NCBI GenBank assembly: GCA_963849955.1
Contig: CAWKJU010000009.1
Span: 247,531 to 311,530, forward strand
From: an uncultured Cytophagales bacterium
GTDB taxonomy: Bacteria > Bacteroidota > Bacteroidia > Cytophagales > JAAEPT01
Direction: 5' to 3'
Length of the DNA stretch: 64,000 nt
Shown in pieces: positions 60,157 to 64,000 of the stretch. The notes beneath the pieces were generated by a model, which ran no database searches, was not told the origin of the DNA, and worked only from the letters and a program-made list of their open reading frames with translations. How positions within the stretch are numbered: the stretch's first letter is position 1; every line of letters begins with the position of its first letter. Both the position numbers and the translations under genes were made by a program.

Positions 60157-60392
60157 CGGCTACAAGTTAGAAACTTTCTCCTAAAAGAAGTTAGAGAAAT
60201 GTAGGCAAGTGGTGAAAAAAGATTCTACCTAATGAATATGAAGGTATTTTTTTATTGAGATAAAAATAAACTTACATTGAAGTAAGTAACTGTTAGACTG
60301 AGGACAATTGGAGCTTGAGACATTAAATAGGGTTCTTTTTTTGTACACACACTCTTTATTTTTTGAGTTAATTTACGACCTTGTAAGTACAC

Positions 60393-60623
60393 ATGAAATT
60401 GAAAGCACTACACACAGCAAGTACACTAGACATATTTTCGGCTAATACCGTTACTAGCCTACATTTGCCCTATATTCCTTCGGGAATAAGTGCTGGTTTT
60501 CCATCTCCTGCGGATGATTTTTTAGACTTATCCATCGACCTCAATCAAGAACTGATTAAACATCCTTCTTTTACTTTCTACGGAAGAGTGAAAGGAGAGT
60601 CAATGAAAGGATTTAGGGATTAA
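60393..60623 (+). pseudogene. truncated S24 peptidase fragment (UmuD/LexA-like C-terminal domain start)
   Basis: 76-aa ORF containing the S24 motifs SAGFPSPADDFLDLSIDLNQELIKHPSFTFYGRVKGESM (AGFPSPA...G(D/E)SM). It stops ~60 aa short of a full domain. No umuC follows. Confidence 0.45.
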
Positions 60624-60912
60624 CTAAACTCTCACGAAGGCAGAAATCCTTTCTGAAAAATAGGTTTGACAAGTGAAGTCTCTCAACATTTTAGCTTAAC
60701 TTAATTACACATGAAACAGATGACTCGATTTCTTATTACTGTATGGACGTTAGCAACAACTTTCACTTTTGCACAACTGGTAGAAGACCAGTCGTATTTA
60801 GACCAAGATTTTGTAAAATTTAAAGCTCAACTATCTTTGGTTAAGAAGTAAAACCAAAACTATCCAAACTTTATTATTAAAAAACATAACTTGCCGACCA
60901 TGAACATAATTC

Positions 60913-61368
60913 ATGTTTGACTTACCTAATAACCCCATGGACATTCCTGAAAAAATAATCTACAAGTACAACACTAAAAAAGCACTTACTTATGTACTCG
61001 TTGGGTTAGGACTTACTTTGGGGTCTATTATTGTCCCGGTAGTAAGAATTCTTGTGTTCATTGTTGGTCTTATGGTAACCTTTACTGGTCTAGGGGCTTT
61101 AGTCCGCAGAAAACCGCAACTTTTATTGGATAAAGAAGGGTTATATCTTGGCTTTAAGATTAAAAGGAAAATACCCTGGCGATTTATAGATGCAACTAGT
61201 GTAAAAAAAGAAAAAGTAGATGATCGGCTTGTGTGGTATTTAAGAATACGTACTAAGTCGGTAAAAGGCGGGGTTATCGGATATAATAATTTTGAAGCAA
61301 ATCTCGACTTATTAAAAATTGATTCTTATGTACTAAAGGAACAACTGAACCATTTTAGAGGAATTTAA
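60913..61368 (+). CDS. hypothetical membrane protein (two TM helices + PH-like C-terminal region)
   Basis: 151 aa with two N-terminal hydrophobic helices (LTYVLVGLGLTLGSIIVPVV, ILVFIVGLMVTFTGLGALV). Confidence 0.35.
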   Translation: MFDLPNNPMDIPEKIIYKYNTKKALTYVLVGLGLTLGSIIVPVVRILVFIVGLMVTFTGLGALVRRKPQLLLDKEGLYLGFKIKRKIPWRFIDATSVKKEKVDDRLVWYLRIRTKSVKGGVIGYNNFEANLDLLKIDSYVLKEQLNHFRGI

Positions 61369-62001
61369 GACCAGCCTATTTTCAATCTCCTTTAACACCG
61401 ACACATACAACTTACTAATCGTTGCTTTGGAAGCCCCATTTTTATTGATATAAACCAACAGATGCTGATCATGGTACTCAATACATAGTTTCTCAAAGTC
61501 TTTTGCTAGCCGCCTAACTGTAGCTCCCACATGTTGTTCAAACGTATCTTTTGAAGGCGTTTTTAAAAAGAGTGTAGTAGATAATCCACCAAGTTTCACA
61601 AACCCTGCAGACTCCAAGTCGGGTTTGCTGATTCGTCCCAATGAATCCAGTGATTCGATCACAAAGGGTGGCCAGTTACTATCAGGTAAACCAAAAATAA
61701 GTACCATACGTGTGTACTTGATATCCATATTGCCAGTGCTTGCATACACCCAATCAAGTGCATAATCACGGGACTCACCTCTACTTTTTAGATAGCAGTT
61801 TTCCATGTCTACGACAGGCCCTTTTGCTTCTAAAAACGTCTTTGGGAAAAATGATTGCAGCTGCTCGTTAAAATCTTCTTTAAAACTTTTAAATCCCAAA
61901 TCGGTAAAAAGCTGATCTAGTTTTTCAGTTCTTCGTCTTCTAAGACCGATACCTATCACTGCAAACAATCCGAGGAGGACAAGAATTAAAGCTTTTACCA
62001 T
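61333..62001 (-). CDS. hypothetical membrane-anchored protein
   Basis: 222-aa ORF with an N-terminal TM/signal (MVKALILVLLGLFAVIGIGL) and no motif recognised. Confidence 0.35.
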   Translation of the reverse strand: MVKALILVLLGLFAVIGIGLRRRRTEKLDQLFTDLGFKSFKEDFNEQLQSFFPKTFLEAKGPVVDMENCYLKSRGESRDYALDWVYASTGNMDIKYTRMVLIFGLPDSNWPPFVIESLDSLGRISKPDLESAGFVKLGGLSTTLFLKTPSKDTFEQHVGATVRRLAKDFEKLCIEYHDQHLLVYINKNGASKATISKLYVSVLKEIENRLVLNSSKMVQLFL

Positions 62002-62151
62002 GACCTAAAGTTAGCCAATTCGTAAAATTTTACTTTCTAATATAAAACTTTTGATCGGTTGGTTTCTAATTATGTGATTTTGTAAAAAATTGGAGATAAA
62101 TATTATTAGAACTAAAACCTCCATTTGATTTCCTAATTTAATTCCAATATT

Positions 62152-62493
62152 CTAATTCGACCAAACCGCATACCCTTTTCTTCTCAATTCAAGGGTTAAC
62201 TGCTTTTCCATTTTTAGAGCTTCTTCTCGGGTTTTGTATGGTGGTAAATGGCCGTATAAACTCGAACGTAAATAAGCACCATACTTCTCGACAATGGAGG
62301 AGGAAATCTTATGCCCTTTTTTACTTACCGCACTCGTTTTATGCTGTAAAAACCGCTCTTGAGGTGTTTTACTCGTCATACCTACATACACACATTCCAT
62401 AGCGCCATTGTATTGGGGATTTGCTATCCTAAATCGGGTATTTTCAGAATACACTTTGCGTTTAAGCTCGATTACGTAAACTGTATAGGGCAT
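62152..62493 (-). CDS. GIY-YIG nuclease-domain protein (113 aa)
   Basis: YTVYVIELK ... CVYVGMTSKTPQERFLQHK fits a GIY-YIG core (TVY...YVG, R, E/H). Confidence 0.45.
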   Translation of the reverse strand: MPYTVYVIELKRKVYSENTRFRIANPQYNGAMECVYVGMTSKTPQERFLQHKTSAVSKKGHKISSSIVEKYGAYLRSSLYGHLPPYKTREEALKMEKQLTLELRRKGYAVWSN

Positions 62494-62845
62494 AGTAGAT
62501 TTGAGTTGAAACGAGTACGATTTTTATAGTTCTTCAATAAATACGCTGGGTTAATAATAACTCTTAATAATCAAAAAAGGTTATCTAACTGCTTTGAATG
62601 TATTATGGTAGATGATTTTTCGTAAAAAGAATAATTATGTTAATGAATACATTGAAGTCAATCTTCACCTTCCCCAGTTTAAAAATTGCCTAAACTTTAC
62701 TAACTCGTCTCCGTCTCAATGGGATTCCTGATCAACTCCACTTTGCTACGTTGTCTGGAATGACGGTTTTGGGAGTTGGGTTTACGAGTATACCTGATGC
62801 ATTTGTAAAAAAAACAATCCCTAAAAATGAAATAGGCTTACCCCT

Positions 62846-62910
62846 TCCCGATAGCTATCGGGAGAAATAAGCCTTTGCTTTCATGAGCCCCCTCCCGATA
62901 GCTATCGGGA
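62846..62910. repeat. two copies of perfect 18-bp palindrome TCCCGATAGCTATCGGGA (62846-62863, 62893-62910) plus partial copies (gaagctatcgggac, tatcgggac)
   Basis: Exact self-complementary 18-mer. The first copy sits inside the loop of a longer hairpin (aggctta...taagcct). In the authentic locus that hairpin is a simple terminator (ggcgtaca-tttttgg-tgtacgcc). Confidence 0.75.
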
Positions 62911-62950
62911 CGGAAGCTATCGGGACTATCGGGACGGATTCGAACCTAAT

Positions 62951-63232
62951 TCAATATTTACTAAGTAACTTCTCACTAATCTCGGGGTATTTAACCAAAT
63001 TCTCTAAATACTTCCTCGATTTCATTCTCTTGATATGAGCTTCTATTTTTCGTGCTTGAATTCTATCAACACAATTTATCTGGAAAAACAATACCCAATC
63101 ATCTGCTTTACCAGTATGTGATTTCTCATAAAAAGAGGTGTTATGCTGATTTATCCGTTCGAATAAATCTTCGCATTCGCCAATATAAAATTTATCTAAC
63201 TGCTTTGAATAAAGTATGTATACCTGATGCAT
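62951..63232 (-). CDS. GIY-YIG nuclease mini-protein (93 aa), copy in unit A
   Basis: MHQVYILYSKQLDKFYIGECEDLFERINQHN carries GIY-YIG motifs (VYILYS / FYIGE, R, E...N). It is 87% identical to the unit-B copy. Confidence 0.6.
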   Translation of the reverse strand: MHQVYILYSKQLDKFYIGECEDLFERINQHNTSFYEKSHTGKADDWVLFFQINCVDRIQARKIEAHIKRMKSRKYLENLVKYPEISEKLLSKY

Positions 63233-63276
63233 TTGTTAAAAAAAATTACTCCTTAAAAACAAAATAGGCGTACATT

Positions 63277-63341
63277 TCCCGATAGCTATCGGGAGGTGTA
63301 CGCCTTTGCTTTTGTGAGCCCCCTCCCGATAGCTATCGGGA
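63277..63341. repeat. two further copies of the 18-bp palindrome TCCCGATAGCTATCGGGA (63277-63294, 63324-63341)
   Basis: Same palindrome as in unit A. The first copy is inserted into the loop of the terminator-like hairpin ggcgtaca...tgtacgcc. The second replaces the acceptor-proximal part of a tRNA-Thr 3' fragment (…cgggacggattcgaaccc). Confidence 0.75.
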
Positions 63342-63372
63342 CGGAAGCTATCGGGACGGATTCGAACCCAAT

Positions 63373-63654
63373 TCAATATTTACTAAGTAATTTCTCACTG
63401 ATTTCTGGGTATTTAACTAAATTTTCTAAATACTTCCTAGATTTCATCTTTTTAATATGAGCTTCTATTTTTCGTGGTTGTATTCTATCAACACAATTTA
63501 TTTGGAAAAACAATGACCAATCATTGACTTTACTGGTATATGATTTTTCGTAAAAAGATGTGTTATGCTGATTTATCCGTTCGAATAAATCTTCGCATTC
63601 GCCAATATAAAATTTATCTAACTGCTTTGAATAAAGTATGTATACCTGATGCAT
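63373..63654 (-). CDS. GIY-YIG nuclease mini-protein (93 aa), copy in unit B
   Basis: Paralog of 62951-63232 with the same GIY-YIG motifs. It lies immediately downstream (on the minus strand) of tRNA-Thr. Confidence 0.6.
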   Translation of the reverse strand: MHQVYILYSKQLDKFYIGECEDLFERINQHNTSFYEKSYTSKVNDWSLFFQINCVDRIQPRKIEAHIKKMKSRKYLENLVKYPEISEKLLSKY

Positions 63655-63722
63655 TTGTTAAAAAAATTACTCCTTAAAAACAAAATAGGCGTACATTTTT
63701 GGTGTACGCCTTTGCTTTTGTG

Positions 63723-63796
63723 AGCCCCCAGTCGGATTCGAACCAACGACCTACTGATTACAAGTCAGTTGCTCTGGCCAACTGAGCTATGGAGGC
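63723..63796 (-). tRNA. tRNA-Thr (anticodon TGT)
   Basis: Hand-folded cloverleaf: GCCTCCA TA GCTC AGTTGGCCA GAGC A ACTGA CTTGTAA TCAGT AGGTC GTTGG TTCGAAT CCGAC TGGGGGC T. The anticodon stem is perfect with loop CUUGUAA. CCA is not encoded. A terminator hairpin (ggcgtacacc-aaaaa-tgtacgcc + T-run on the minus strand) follows. Confidence 0.75.
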
Positions 63797-63883
63797 CTCT
63801 GTTCTATTTGAACGGCTGCAAATGTAGTGGTCTATTTATAGATTTGCAAACCTACAAACAGCTTTTTTGAAGATATTTTGCAC

Positions 63884-64000
63884 TTAATATTCAAAGTTAT
63901 TGATTAACTGCATTTTACGCTTCAACTCTTTGAGCTGCTTTTCTGCTACCGCTACTTTTTGGTCTACTTCTACCCGTAATTTGTCTGCATTCTTCGAGCG
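63884..64000 (-). CDS. 3' end of a minus-strand gene continuing beyond the window (coiled-coil-like C-terminus)
   Basis: The frame is open from the window edge to TAA at 63884-63886 (…RSKNADKLRVEVDQKVAVAEKQLKELKRKMQLINNFEY*). Identity is unknown. Confidence 0.3.
   Translation of the reverse strand, partial: RSKNADKLRVEVDQKVAVAEKQLKELKRKMQLINNFEY

Larger units (their letters stand above)
62791..63642. repeat. two tandem ~422-430-bp units, each = GIY-YIG mini-gene + tRNA-Thr 3'-end-like fragment + two copies of an 18-bp palindrome
   Basis: Unit A (62791-63220) and unit B (63221-63642) align over their whole length at ~90% identity. A third partial unit start (63643-) runs into the authentic tRNA-Thr. 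A decayed remnant of another unit lies at ~62575-62640 (ttatctaactgctttgaat ... gatttttcgtaaaaaga). Confidence 0.75.

Noticed and set aside
60381-60395. The motif tgtaagtac upstream of the umuD fragment (also present at 33491-33499) as a LexA/SOS box.
   Set aside because: It is only 9 nt, it is not palindromic, and two chance occurrences are expected in 64 kb of 35% GC DNA.
62791-63642. Regularly spaced repeats considered as a CRISPR array.
   Set aside because: The period is ~425 bp, not 55-75 bp. The repeated unit is protein-coding (GIY-YIG), and the short palindromes are not separated by unique spacers of uniform length.

Overview
This is an AT-rich Bacteroidota-type chromosomal segment. 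I infer that from T9SS/gliding hallmarks (PorP/SprF, and an adhesin with a type-B C-terminal sorting domain), GIY-YIG mini-genes beside a tRNA, and Bacteroidota-style gene families. Positions 1-27500 are mostly housekeeping. This stretch holds a gliding/T9SS adhesin-PorP/SprF-OmpA-partner triad, TatD, TcdA, PBP1A, the Amt ammonium transporter, a thioredoxin-fold protein, an LpxL-like acyltransferase, a fatty acid desaturase, YceI, a metY interrupted by one in-frame TGA, PutA, and an SPFH protein. Positions 27500-63800 are accessory. They hold (i) an RtcB-centred five-gene cassette (SPFH, two paralogous minimal nucleotidyltransferases, a hypothetical, RtcB). Next come (ii) an aberrant, rearranged tRNA-like array, and (iii) a DUF559 endonuclease-like gene plus a WYL-regulator::PhyH-oxygenase fusion. 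There is (iv) a second RtcB paralog in an RtcB2-PrfH module with an uncharacterised, translationally coupled third gene. Block (v) is a minus-strand defence island of McrBC, a Septu-like PtuA/PtuB pair, and a complete type I R-M system. That R-M system has three nested passenger genes (a KAP-family NTPase, a Fic protein, a PD-(D/E)XK-like protein). Last come (vi) a umuD-like fragment and tandem GIY-YIG mini-gene units carrying tRNA 3'-end fragments and an 18-bp palindrome, all abutting an intact tRNA-Thr(TGT). No integrase, transposase or CRISPR array is visible. All calls rest on reading the six-frame translations and the raw sequence. No database search was run.
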